Positions 1-13,500 of a stretch of 64,000 nt of DNA are shown piece by piece. Under the pieces are notes generated by a model. It saw only the letters and a program-made list of their open reading frames with translations. It had not been told where the DNA came from and made no database searches. Made by a program: the position numbers and the translations under genes. How positions within the stretch are numbered: the first letter of the stretch is position 1; each line of letters starts with the position of its first letter. The stretch comes from Lingula anatina (Eukaryota; Animalia; Brachiopoda): NCBI GenBank assembly GCA_051362555.1, contig CM120642.1:19096001-19160000 (forward strand), read 5' to 3'.

Positions 1-223
1 TAGTGCTCTTATGTTCCAAACAAAGTAGCCCTTAGTCTCAATTCAATGAAATTCCAATTTATAAATCTTTAGACTAATGAACCTCCCGACTGTAAGGACG
101 CACCAAAAGCATAAATTAATAATAATAATAATAATATTGTCAGTAAGATGTCACTTTAAGATCGTCTTTGTAGGTACATATATCTATATGGATATGCACA
201 TTTTTTTCTTTTGGTTTCCTCAG

Positions 224-1003
224 AGTGGTTTCAGTATTGCTGACGAGATGTGTGTGAACTACGTCCATTACTATCCTAAAGTGGACCTGGAGGTGTGCAA
301 GAGTTCTATAGACCCGGGGGTGCTGTCAAGATACTTCACCTATATGAAAAAGTATATGCCTATTTTATCTTGAAAACTAAGGATTATGTTTTGTAAAAAT
401 GATTCTTTTCTTCCACCAACAAAGTTGATAAAGAAATTACTTGTAGTTCTCGGTTGCGTAAAATAAACTAAAACTGTTAGTAGGAGACTCCAAATAATCG
501 CTAAGAAAGTGGTTGACGTTGTGTAGCAGTGCACCTAAAATTTAAAAAAGTTAAAATCTTTTCCAACGATGACCCCAATCTTTTTTACAACGACAGTCAA
601 TAATTATAAACCATGCTACTCCTACTCAAATAACCCGATGACTTGTGAAAATCTATTAAAAAGGAGATTCTGATACCTGTAAAACAATTAAATAGCGACC
701 ACTCTTTGTGATGAGTCCGATTGCCGACTTGTATTTTGCACAGATTTTGTATATCAATTGAAAAATGAAAATTGTATTCACTTGAGCATTTGACCAACAT
801 TCTAGATTCTTCCAAGCGGACACGTCGCCGCAGAAGTCCCTAAGGGAAAATTATTCCTCCATACCTTGGACAAATGAGACGTCTACGCAGCTCCAGTCTC
901 TCTACGATAACTTTCCTCTGGAAGTGGAGTGTAGACGATCATCGGGGGAATTGTTTCCGGTAGGTACTGTAAGGCATCCATAGAATTTTGATGTGCTTCG
1001 ATT

Positions 1004-1060
<57 letters not shown>

Positions 1061-1258
1061 TTTTTTTTATATTAACCGCTTAACTGATTTAAAGGTACCA
1101 ACTTTTCCACCTTCCAGGGCACGTGGACAGAAGTTTCACAAGATCGAATCACCAAACCGTTTCACGCAGACGATGACCCGTGCAGCGAGGTGTCGCTGAT
1201 GCAGGATGCGGTCATGACCATTGAAAAGTCGGAACTTGATGAAAGGACTATGTATTAA
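224..1258 (+). CDS. DBH: Dopamine/tyramine beta-hydroxylase (copper type II monooxygenase), last three coding exons; 5' part lies outside the window
   Basis: Exons 224-351, 806-959 and 1118-1258 (TAA), GT-AG and phase-consistent. Translation: SGFSIADEMCVNYVHYYPKVDLEVCKSS...NYSSIPWT...LYDNFPLEVECRRSSGELFPGTW... The EMCVNYVHYYP..LE.CKS motif with the CuM-ligand Met matches the DBH/TBH C-terminus. AATAAA at 1382. Confidence 0.88.
1008..1060. repeat. Compound (CT)n(CA)n microsatellite in DBH intron
   Basis: Seen directly. Confidence 0.95.
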
Positions 1259-3906
1259 CTATGGAGCATCGTTTTCCTCTTCCTTTGGGCAGTGGGCGAC
1301 GTGTATTTGAATTTGATCGTAATTGAAATTTGAAATTCTTCATATTTTAACAGATACGATTCAATTTTAAAGGTGGTGGACAATAAATGTAGCCTAAAGG
1401 CGTTTTTCAGCATCTACCACACCGCATGCCAAAAAAAAAAAAAAAAAAGACAGTTATTTTAAAATTTTACATATACTGATGAACATCACTAGTTTTAGAC
1501 ACATCAACACTTTGCTAGTGAATAGTTTAAATGCTACATTGGAACATTTAACGGAAAAAGCATGGCGATGTTACTACATGTACTAGTAAATATTTTCCAA
1601 CAAGGGTCAAGGGCCTTCCTTCTTGCAACTCCCAGATTTTGATGTATTAACATTAATTAAAATACTTAAAAACCGATATTTTTTTTTACTTTATTTGAAT
1701 GGATTGATAAGTGTTTCAATAGACCCTAACTAATACATTTTAATGATGCGTCCAAACTCTTCTTTAAAAAACTTAAAGCTTAATTTTTTCATCATATCAG
1801 GTGATATAAAGCGAGGTAGATATATTTACATTTGAACCTTGCATATTTTTTGAAAGAAAATATATCAGTTGGTACAAAAAACATATGGCTCTTAACACAA
1901 TCATTATCAAAATAATATACTTTCTTGAAAAAGATATTGAAATGGTTCAAATTTGGGAGCATTGACGCATTGATGAAAATATTGTTTTAGCGCTGAAGAG
2001 TACGCTGAAAACACGCAATGACACGTTTTAGTTCTAGAGCTGTCGCATAAAAGTACAGGGTAAGGAGTGTACCAAAATATTTTCTTTGAAAAGCTTCACC
2101 AATTAGGAACTTTCAGACTTGATCTTATTTGCATATTGTACATAATTTGAAGAGAGAACAGTATCGATAATTAAAATGGAACGAGGACCAACATTTTCAC
2201 AAGACAACAACGAGATATTTCGCAGATAAAAATTAGTATTTTATTCAAAATGAACAGATAAATAACAAAATGTGCTCTTGGTTCATATATACGTGTGCAA
2301 AGCAAGTTAAAACATGAGCATTGTGTGGAACCAGAATAAAGACAGATAAAACATCTGACAGTGGACGGTAAGTTGCATGTGCCAAATAACTTAACAATAT
2401 AAATGTCATCAGTAAAGTTTTTAATAGTAGTTAAGAATATAAATCCAAAAATCGATATAAAATGACACTGAAACCAAATATATAAGATTTTCACTTCTTT
2501 GAGTTTAAGTTCTGCAGTAACAGCAAAGCCTGCAGTAAATGATCTTCTCCAGCAATGTTGGAGGTAACAACTTGTAGAAAATACCCCCCCCCCCATTGCA
2601 GGTACAGATATTAACATACCAAATCACTCTATAATTATTTCACAACCACAATACAATTCTTCTTGTAGGATGATATTGGCCATTTGTTGAAGTGGGTAAA
2701 AAAAGGAAAAACTCCCTATAGATGAAACATTTGTTAACATCAAAGAGGAGGCCTTCTCCAAAAATTAACATCTTATCCATAAACAGCCAACTCCCACATA
2801 CATACTCAACACATAAACAGTCAACTCATTATATTTCAGACTTCTGTAATTGTTGCAGTCAAACATAAATATGTAAGGGAAAAATGAATATCTGTATGCA
2901 AAACAATGGCAATCACAACAAAAAGCAATTTGCTTAAAGGGGACTGTCTGCCCTAAACTTTTAAATTAATTATCTAATTTACCTAAATAAAAAATTAACT
3001 TTCCTTAGGTATAATATTTACTTATCCACATCTCATGCTGTTACAATAATAGTGGCTGCAATTTCTATTCACATGTGGGTAACTGCAACTGGATGTAAAA
3101 AAATATATAATAACAGAAGTGAAAAACAAACAGAACAACATTCTTTAATTAAAATGGTTTTTGACCAGATTTTTAATAAAATGTGCTGCTGAAGAGACAT
3201 GAGAAAGATTATTCTTCTAAAGAGTACAAATTTCTTAAATGTAACCTCATACAATGCATTGACATTCAAAGCAAAAAAAAAAAAAAAATAATAATAATAA
3301 TAATAAAAAATAAAATAAAAAATAAAAATAAATAAATAAATAAAATAATAAACAATAATAATAATATTGCCGAAACAATTACCTTTACCAATATTTCAGC
3401 AAGTATTTTTACACGAATATTTTGATTGAATGCTATAAGACTATGATATTGCTTTTGCTGAAAGTCCACAAAACAACATTCAACAAAAAACAATGTTTGT
3501 ACAAAACTTAACTGTAAGTACAGTCATGGTAATATCCTTCATAAATGAGCAACAGTTCATTTGCTAAAGAGTAGAAATAAAATAAATGCAATTTTATGCA
3601 TTATATTGCAAGTAGTGCCTCTTACTGTACATATACCCCAGTAGATCTATATACACACACCTAAGAGCAAGTAATGAACACTCATTTATACTGACTAGCA
3701 AAATATTGCAAAATTAATCAATTTGAAACCATTACATATTGTTTAAATACACTTAAATATTCACGTATAAGATATTAATTGAAAAATAAATAATTTATGA
3801 CATGCAAATATGACATTGTTCAAAAGGCATGGCATATTTTAGTTTTGAAGTTTGTTATTTGAATATATACTGTAATCTCCACATTTGGTATAAAAAAATT
3901 TGCAAT

Positions 3907-3980
<74 letters not shown>
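3907..3980. repeat. (TG)n(TA)n microsatellite in the putative whirlin 3' UTR
   Basis: Seen directly. Confidence 0.95.
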
Positions 3981-3981
<1 letters not shown>

Positions 3982-4521
3982 CATATCTCTGTTTTTGTGA
4001 CAAAAAGTATTTACACACAAAAAACAATCAAACGCCATGAAAAATTAAATCTCTATACCTCAAAGATTATTCACATTGAAACTTTTTGTTACATTTGTTG
4101 TATTGGTCCACAGTTGTTATACAAATCCTTATGTACGGATTATCTGTGATAATCTCATAATTGCTATCTGCCCAGGAAAAAAGGGTCCATAAATAGTTAT
4201 TATTAAAACACGGCATAACTTCCCTACTCCTTACCCTTACCATAAAGAAAATCACAAACTGTAATTGTTACACTTTATAAAAGACATCAAACCAAAATTT
4301 ATTCTTAATATGAATAATTCAGTACTCACAACCTTAAGGTTCTGCACAACCATCAAATGCTTTTACACAATTTATTGTTGAAAGAAACCGAAAATAATTT
4401 TAACTCACATTCCTTAAAATCAGGCTGTTTTCTGTTATGCATTTTTTGCTGATAAGAAACAAAATGACTGAGCAGGAAAAAAATTGTTTTTATAATTCCA
4501 CATTTTTTCTGGTACTGTTCT

Positions 4522-7500
4522 TTATTCTGTGACTAAAAATTCCACTTGTCGAGTTGACCTACTTTTAAAGGCCTCGGCAATAGTTTTGGCAGCACCTCTG
4601 TGTTCCAGACCTTCAAGACGCCGCCCATTTACGGCAAGGATAACTTGACCTACTTTCAAAGCTCCACAATCACTGGCTGCACCACCAGGCTGCTCAGAAA
4701 AAAAAAAAGGAACATAAAATTATGCACCTTACAAAAAATTGTGAACCTATGGTATTTAATTCAAACTGGAAGTTAAGTGTATGTCACTTTTTAATTCAGA
4801 ACCACTTTGCTTAAAAGACAGGAACTACCATCTTATCTTGACCACACCCTTTTATGCAAATCAAATGTCACATGACTCATGACTGACGTAACACATACTT
4901 GTATTGTAATGATACGTGGGAGGGGCTGCCGAGTATTGGCCCCGCCCTCTATAGCAATTCCCAGGGTTGGCTTGGTCTTGTGTACTATAACCAACTTCTC
5001 TCTGCCTCCATCTCTTGTGCTGGCATCAGACATGGTACTGCTTGGGGTCTAAAGGTCAAAACACATACTGTTTATTTTTATATAAGAGAGAGATCTCATT
5101 TTACTCTACTTCTAGTCTAAGGACTATTAGTACATCCATACCCATAATATAAAAAAAACCTCAAAAAGCACATATGTCCACTATAGCAGCTCAATTCTCA
5201 TTACCATTTCATATTATAATCAAAGGACCAAAACCAAATCTATTTGATTGTAAGTTTGCCCATTTTTGACCTATCCAGAAAATGAAATAAAAATACACCA
5301 GTATCTTTTTGAGTTTGGAGTTAAGTAAAAACCAGCAAAGGCAAAATCATAAGTGCCTTGGTGAAGGTCATAAATATATAATTTATACATAAATGAACTT
5401 AAAACATGCCTGAGTTTATAGATATACCCAGTAAAGCCAAGCATTTTTTTAAGTTAAAAAAAAAAGCTATATTCATGTTTTTGAAGTACTAAAAAACACT
5501 TACAGCATTATAATGTGTTTGTTTTCGGAGTTCCAGAAGCTGTTCGCTAGACTTTTTCTTCTGTACTACGCTTCTCTGTTGTTCCTTTGGCACGTGCTGA
5601 AAGAGATTTTCATTTATCAAAGGAGCAATCAAAAGTAGGATATAGAAGTGCCTTGGACTCCACATAACTTTGGGACTAGAAAACTAATGCAGCTATTACA
5701 CCAAAATTAGGTTTAGTCAATGTTGAAAGTTACAGATAATTTAGATTTCTTATTTAAACTTCAAGTTGAATTGCAGACTTTATGATTTTGACCAATGATA
5801 TGATGTTGGTCTATCATTAAACAAACGACTGGTCCATCACATATATCATACTGCCTAACTCAAAATATACCACAATCACATTGCCTCTTATTGCATAATA
5901 TTTAAAACATAACTTCATTAGCTAAAATCCATAACAGTCTGTGCTAGGACGGACTTTTGACTTAAGCTCTGTTGTCTAGTGGAAAGCCTGAAAACAATTT
6001 TTAAAAAGTGATTTCACCCAAGTCACTTACATGCAAGGGGTCACTGAAATACCTCTTGGACGGTTTGTCATGGTCTGGGCTCATCTAGAAGAGAAATGGC
6101 ACACACAAATTAAACTGTAAAATTGTCACATCATGCTCTATTTAAATATATAAGATGTCATTATTAAAAAAATCACTCCCAGTGTGTGAATTCATGAAGG
6201 TATAGAAGAATGTTATGAAAATCACTTTGTAAATAGACATTTTTGTCATACAAAAAACCTAACTGTTAAAGTCTGCTCATAAAGGGGTATATTAGACTGT
6301 TAAATTGGACCAACTTGTGTCATCTGATTACAGAATGCCGGTGTACCATGAAAATCTGACTCCCCTAAAATGTGACTCCCCAGTCAGATTTTCATTATGA
6401 AAATGTGACTCCCCAGTCAGATTTTCATAATGAAAATCTGACTCCCCCTATGAAATTTTGACTTCCCCCCAAAAAAACATTCATAAATCTTATTTTATTT
6501 TGAGTATATGACTGTGATCCTGTAGCATGTAAAATGGTTGATAGATTGGCACATTTTTGTAGTTTGCAGTGAAATTTTTCATAAAAAAATGAGAAAATTA
6601 AAAATGTGCACATAATGAAAATCTGACTCCCCCATGAAAATTTGACTCCCCTACAAAAAACATTTATTAATCTCTAATTAATTTAGTATATGACTGTGAT
6701 CCTGTAGCATGTAAAATGGTTGATACATTGGCACATTTTTTGTAGTTTGCAGTGAAAATTTTAATGAAAAAATGAGAAAATTAAAAATGTGCACATAATA
6801 AAAATCTGACTCCCCCATGAAAATTTGCCTCCCCCGCCATAAAACTTCATAAATCGTATTTTATTTTGAGTATATGACTGTGATCTTGTAGTATGGAAAA
6901 TGGATGATACATTGGCACATTTTTTGTAGTTTGCAGTGAAAATTTTAATGAAAAAATGAGAAAATTAAAAATGTGCACATAATAAAAATCTGACTCCCCC
7001 ATGAAAATTTGCCTCCCCCGCCATAAAACTTCATAAATCGTATTTTATTTTGAGTATATGACTGTGATCTTGTAGTATGGAAAATGGATGATACATTGGC
7101 ACAATTTTTGTAGTTTGCAGTGAAAATTTTAATGAAAAAATGAGAAAATTAAAAATGTGCACATAATGAAAATCTGACTCCCCCATGAAAATCTGACTCC
7201 CCCTCCACAAAACTTCATAAATCTTATTTTATTTTGAGTATATGACTGTGATCTTGTAGTATGGAAAATGGATGATACATTGGCACATTTTTTGTAGTTT
7301 GCAGTGAAAATTTTAATGAAAAAATAAGAAAATTGAAAATGTGCACATGGTTAAAAAATTGAGAGAAAAAAAGGAATAAAACACATGAAAATAAGAAAAA
7401 TTAAGGATTTGTTTTCTAACACCAAATGGCATCAAACTTTCAAATAATGACAAAATATCCATCTCTATGCAAACTATGTGGAAAACAGTGGTATGTGACT

Positions 7501-10500
7501 GAATATAAAATAGGTCCTTTTCTCCATGGGAGTCCAAATCTCATGGGTGTAAAAATAAAGATTTTCATGATTTCTTTTTCATGCTTTCACTATTTTATCA
7601 TCAAACCTTTAAATATTTCCAATATATTTTTCATAAAGTATCCTAAAAGAAAAGGTGTTGAAATGATCATCAAATATTAAATATCTTTTTCATAGGGGAG
7701 ACAATAGGCGATTAAGTGGACATTTTTAATTTTCTTATTTTTTCATTAAAATTTTCACTGCAAACTACAAAAAATGTGCCAATGTATCAACTATTTTACT
7801 TACTACAAGATCACAGACATATACCCAAAATAAAATAAGATTTATAAAGTTTTATGATGGGGGAGTCAAATTTTCATGGGGGAGTCAGATTTTCATTTTG
7901 TGCACATTTTTAATTTTCTTTATTTTTCATTAAAATGTTCACCTTCAAACTACAAAAATGTGCCAATGTATTCTCCATTTACATACTACAAGATCACAGA
8001 CATATACCCAAAATAAAACAAGATTTATAAAGTTTTATGATGGGGGAGTCAAATTTTCACGGGGGAGTCAGATTTTCATTATGTGCACATTTTTATTTTT
8101 CTTATTTTTTCATTTGAATTTTCACTGCAAACTACAAAAAATGTGCCAACGTATCATCCATTTTACATACTACAAGATCACAGTCAAATACTCAAATAAT
8201 ATAAGATGTATGAAGTTTTGTGGTGGGGGAGTCAAATTTTCATGCGGGGAGTCAGATTTTCATTATGAAAATCTGACTGGGGAGTCACATTTTCATAATG
8301 AAAATCTGACTGGGGAGTCACATTTTCATGGGAGTCAGATTTTCATGTTACACCGGTTTAAAATGGTCCTGGTCTGAATACATCCTTAGATTTTTCGAGG
8401 CACCTTAAGACATTTTCAATCAATTTAAACTTAAAATCTGACTTACTCCACTTTGACTAGATGAGTCTGTAGTGATGCTGTCAATGCTCGGTCTTCTGTG
8501 TAATCTTGTATTCCGCCTGTTGTAATATTCCATTGATCCATTGAGACCTGTAGTTCTATCATTAGTGTGAACATAATCTTTTGAACCTGCAGTTCTTCCA
8601 GTGCTCTGAGGTCCCAAAAAGTTAATCTCATTTCTGCCGTCATTTTGTAAGTTTCGGGCATATCTGTTCGTAAATTTATTATGACCTTGGGTGGCCTTAG
8701 ATATGTTTGGGGAAGAAAGCCCAGAAGATTGTTGCCTCTCACTATTTCTTAATGTAGAAAGAGTTGAATCTCCATAACTAGTGCTAGTATTCATGTAACT
8801 TCCACTATCTTTTTTATCAATTGGATGCTGGTCACTGCTAGGCAAGAGTGTGCTATTTGTTCCATGTCCACCACCGGGCATTCTTTGGTTCGGACCAAGA
8901 GCCTTGTGGAATTCATGCTGACCTTGAACTGACCTCTGACCTTGATTTGTCCTTAGTTCTGGCTGAGGGCTTGGAACTCTGTATTTACTGGCTGAATCAG
9001 TAAGACCACTGTCAGGCTCAAGGCTGCTGTCAGTATAGTTGTTATGGCTTTGCTGTAGCAGGCTAGGTCTTTGATGCAGCCCATTGTGTTGTTCAAAATT
9101 TGGAAAGTTCCGATTTTGATTTTGGCCAGGCCAATGCGGATTATTTGAGTTATGCACAACTGGAACAGAACTTTTATGTATTGCATTGCCTTTATCAGCA
9201 TAAAGATGAGTATTTCTTTGTGGACTGGGACTAGCCCTTCTTTGGTCCTTCCCATGGTTATTGGGAACGTGTCTAAGAGGACTTCTTTCTCGTTTGTGCC
9301 TCTCTTGGACTCCATTGCCATTTTGCCCTGGTACTTGTAAAAGATTTGCCTGCTTATGGTGGTTTTCTATATTTTCTTGTCTCCATTCTGTGAAAACATT
9401 ACTGCGTTTACCCTGATTTTGGCTTGTTTGATTTTGTACATCATTTTGTTCTGAGTATGCTTTGCCGTCTGCTCGTTTACCCTGTTCTATGTAACCCTCC
9501 TTTACCCCATTCTGTTCAGGCTGTCCTCTCACACTGACTGGCACAGACTCATTTATTGTAACAGGTCTCTGGGGAGAAATGGTGACCCTGGAAATAGTAA
9601 TGTTTATATTTATGGTGACAATCATAATAACACATACCCATGTTACTCTGAAAATAAATACAATAGATATAATGTGATTTTTAATAATGCAGCAAATATA
9701 GAAGACTTATCTACAGGTCTTAATCCAGTAAAAGTGTTTATTTTTTCTTTTGACATTCAAAATTATTGTAAGTTGTTAAACTTTGAAAAAACACATGAAA
9801 TGAAATGTGATACACTGATAGCTGTTTAAAATCAGTTTTCAGTTGAGAGCAATCACAGGCTTGAATGTGGAAAACTATTATATCAAAATTGGCCAATTTC
9901 TTCATAAGCCTTATTATAATCAAGACCAACCATTTCCAGATTTGAAGCAAATTATGATGTTCCTGGGTATAATGTAGTACTTATTTTGGAAGGCAAGGGC
10001 TGGGCGGTCGACTACTGTAGGGGCTGTGTTATTGAACATTTCCAGCATATGATATTTGGCATATTTACTAAGGAATGTCAGGGGCAGATGGGGTTTGTCT
10101 TCAGCGTCTTCTGGAAGATGGTCATAATTTTTAAGTTTACATTAAGGGGCATCTAATTTTTTTCTGTGGGAAGATAGTCAAAAATGGAAAACAGATCAGC
10201 AAACTTAACTTAATTTGGAAGACTGTCTGAAAATATACATGGATCTGCCCCTGAATGTGACAAAATTGTGTCAATAACACAGGTTAAAACTAAATGTTAT
10301 GGTTGACTTTTAAACATAATGAGCCAATATCATTATGCAATTATGCATATAGGTGCAAATAGGTTAAAAGCCTTATAGGATCTCTTTAACACGCAAATGT
10401 GCAAACTAATTGTATATGTCCATGCAAAGTCGACCATGCAACCACACCTGTCACTCGGCAAATATTCGCATGCAATCATGACTTACAGTCCTTGAAACCT

Positions 10501-13500
10501 CCCTGTCTGAACACTGTATGCATTTATGCATGTGCACATACAGATGTATTTTTTCTACACATTCACATACATGTATGTGTGCAACACTGCTTTTTAGTGT
10601 AAGATATGTAAAATAATAGTATAATATAAATCTAAAAATTATTCTAAATGTGCATTTTTTTTACAAGAATGCACAGACCAGGAATGAAAAAGTGCATTAT
10701 ATCAGTTGCAAATTTCCCCACTAATATGAGGGAAATAGCATGAACACTTTTTCTTTATTTCCTTGTGTTCAGACAAGAGATCCTGGTGAGGCAAATAATA
10801 CAATGCCATGTTTGAACTTTTTGTATTTCATTGGGTACTAAGTAATCATGCAAGCTAAGCAACAAATCTGAAACCTACAAGACAAAGTGTTATCTATTTA
10901 TCATTAAATGTGTAGCAATATGACATATATTTCACTAAGAAGCAAAATATGACATGTTAAATCAGTAAATATCAAAGATCAACCAAAAACATGTAAACCA
11001 ATAAAAATGGAAATCACTAATTAAGGTTCAAAAAAGAATCTGACAGATTTTACGTAATTGTGCAATAAATTAATACTTAACAATTAAAATTCAAAACTGT
11101 CAATTAATTTTTCTGTTGACATATCCAAATAATGCTTAATGCCAAATATATTTTTAAAACTCTGACTGAGACCATATAATCTCTCAGTCAGATTTTCATA
11201 TTTGTATTAATTATAATAATTCCTTAAAAAACTGAGGGATAGTTTTGTAGAAACTATTATTGCTAAAAAATAACTTGTGGGATAAATTAATTATTCTTTT
11301 CACACTGTATAATCTGTTAGGAATTTTCAAAGCTTGCAACAAATTTCTTTACAGAGCAGAGCTGCTGTGTATGCATACTTAAAGTTACTTGAACAAACAC
11401 AAAATCATTTTTGCTGTCAGATCATTTTTGAACAGTAAAATTTAAACAAAACCCTGCACACCAACCAACCTCTTCTTCTTGCCTTGCCCACTGGTTGATA
11501 TGCTACTACGGCAAAATAAAAATGAGAAGAAGCAATCTACTAAATGCAGCCCAGTGTAAAAAATCTCTTAAAATGTTTTACTAACAGAAAAACAAATTAA
11601 AGAAAGAAAACACTGTCACTAAATATGTTTCTCACGATGCTTTAAAAGATTTAACTACTAAATGAAGTAAAGAGAATCAAGATTATTATTACAGATGCTT
11701 CATAATATTTGTCAAAAAATACTGTTTGACAAAAATAATAATAAAAAATAAAAGGTATGGTTAAAATCCAAACAACACATTATATTACAAAAACATTATC
11801 TAATTCCATTCTAATATTAAAAACTGTAAATACCTGGTGATGATATTGAAATATCATCACCATGTATTAAAAGATATGCCATTCACAGTTTTTTTTTTCA
11901 ATTTTTAATTGAGAAGGGTAAACTATATTGATAAAGATTACTGAAAGAGGAGATTTGATTTTGTCACTTCTGTTAAAAACTAAACGATAATGTTTTCGAC
12001 ATGTATTTAAAGACATTTCATTGCTTATTTTATCATCATTTTTTCACCATTTTCTGGTGGCAAATAAATAAACAAAAAAATAATAATAATAAATAAATAA
12101 TAAGTATGTTATCCTAAATGATCTGCAACAAGTCAGCCTGAAAAAGTTTTAGGTGTCTTTTATTTTACAATAATTTGACTGATTTAAAAGAATTAAATAT
12201 ATGCTGTCCAAATTAAAATGTACCTGCTATTTTGTTGGTTATTGAGATGTCCATTGAGCTGGTCAAGCCTTCGTCCACCACTGATGAAATGACCATTCAG
12301 GTCCACTCCACTATCCTCACTTAATGCTCGGACTTCTTCAAATTTCTGTTGCAATGAAAAAAAAAAATTATAATGAAAATAAAGATTACCAGGTTTTATT
12401 CCAATTGAATGCTTCATGTTACTTTATGTTTGTATTTTCCTTTTCAAATCAATTGATTCAAATATTAATTTGTAAGGAAAGTAATAAATAATATAGAAAA
12501 TGATATACTTTTACATAGAAACAAAAAAAAAACATCAAAGACTTAAATATCCATGCATAATAATTATCTTCAGTAAAAAAACCTTTTCAAACAGCATTGC
12601 TCCCTAAAAAGAATATCCATGGTCTCATAAAGTAAACTAATTATAAGGAAAAGACAGTATTTACGTATGCAGTAAATAATTGCATCTCCTTTGTAACTCA
12701 AATTGGATAAACTTTGTAACTGAATAAATTTACCTTTCTGCGTGCCACATGTGATCTAGATTTGACAGGTGTACTGGTGTGGACGGCATGAATATCTGCA
12801 GCAACTGTCATATTTCCACTTCTACTAACCCCTGGACTTGGAGAACGCCTACGCTGCTGTGAAAGTGTAGGTTCCTGCAGAAATTGGGTCATTTCACTAT
12901 GTGAAACTGATCATTTATATACATTTATACATTCCTCCGTATGGTTAAATCTGGTATAATCAGCGCCCCTTCTGTAGAATCTAAAATATATCCTAACTAT
13001 GTCGGTTCATTTTCATTTATCTTCATTGAATTTGTATGAATATTTGTTTCACTGTATATATATTAAGTCTCAATGTTTGTAAATTTTCACCAGTGCCAAA
13101 TATTAACTAAATGGACAAGAATCTTTTCCTTACACTGGGTGAGGCATTTATACCATTTTATATCTATTCAACGCACCATTCGTAAATAATCTGGCAGTCC
13201 ATGAGAGTCATCAGGAATTTCTTCAATAGCATCATGGTGGGCATTAACAGTGTCTACCTTAACCTGAATACAAAAATGTTATCAAGTACTAACACCTCCA
13301 TAAAATGATAAAAAAAAACTATTATAAGAAATATGCAGCAATTAATCTTAATATGCTTATAATTGTATGCTATCAAATCTGATGAAACAAATCACAGGTA
13401 CATAAATATTCAATCAAAAGTCAAATTCTGATCATGGCAAAATCAAACTTCATCCTTTACAACTCTTAATGATAAGAAAATGTCATTATGTGTCCATTAA

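Noticed and set aside
2171-2617. 148-aa minus-strand ORF
   Set aside because: AT-rich F/I/L/C-biased composition with no domain; lies in the probable whirlin 3' UTR.
4430-4524. Stop-codon readthrough restoring a whirlin PDZ-binding motif
   Set aside because: TAA-A is a poor readthrough context, and the extension (RTVPEKMW...KNA) is not a PDZ-binding motif.
7313-8377. ORFs within the foldback element (e.g. 139 aa at 7958-8377)
   Set aside because: Translations of tandem units with no transposase motifs.
8443-9340. Alternate-frame and antisense ORFs over the large whirlin exon (likewise 34993-35758 and 57657-58245)
   Set aside because: Shadow ORFs of real coding exons.
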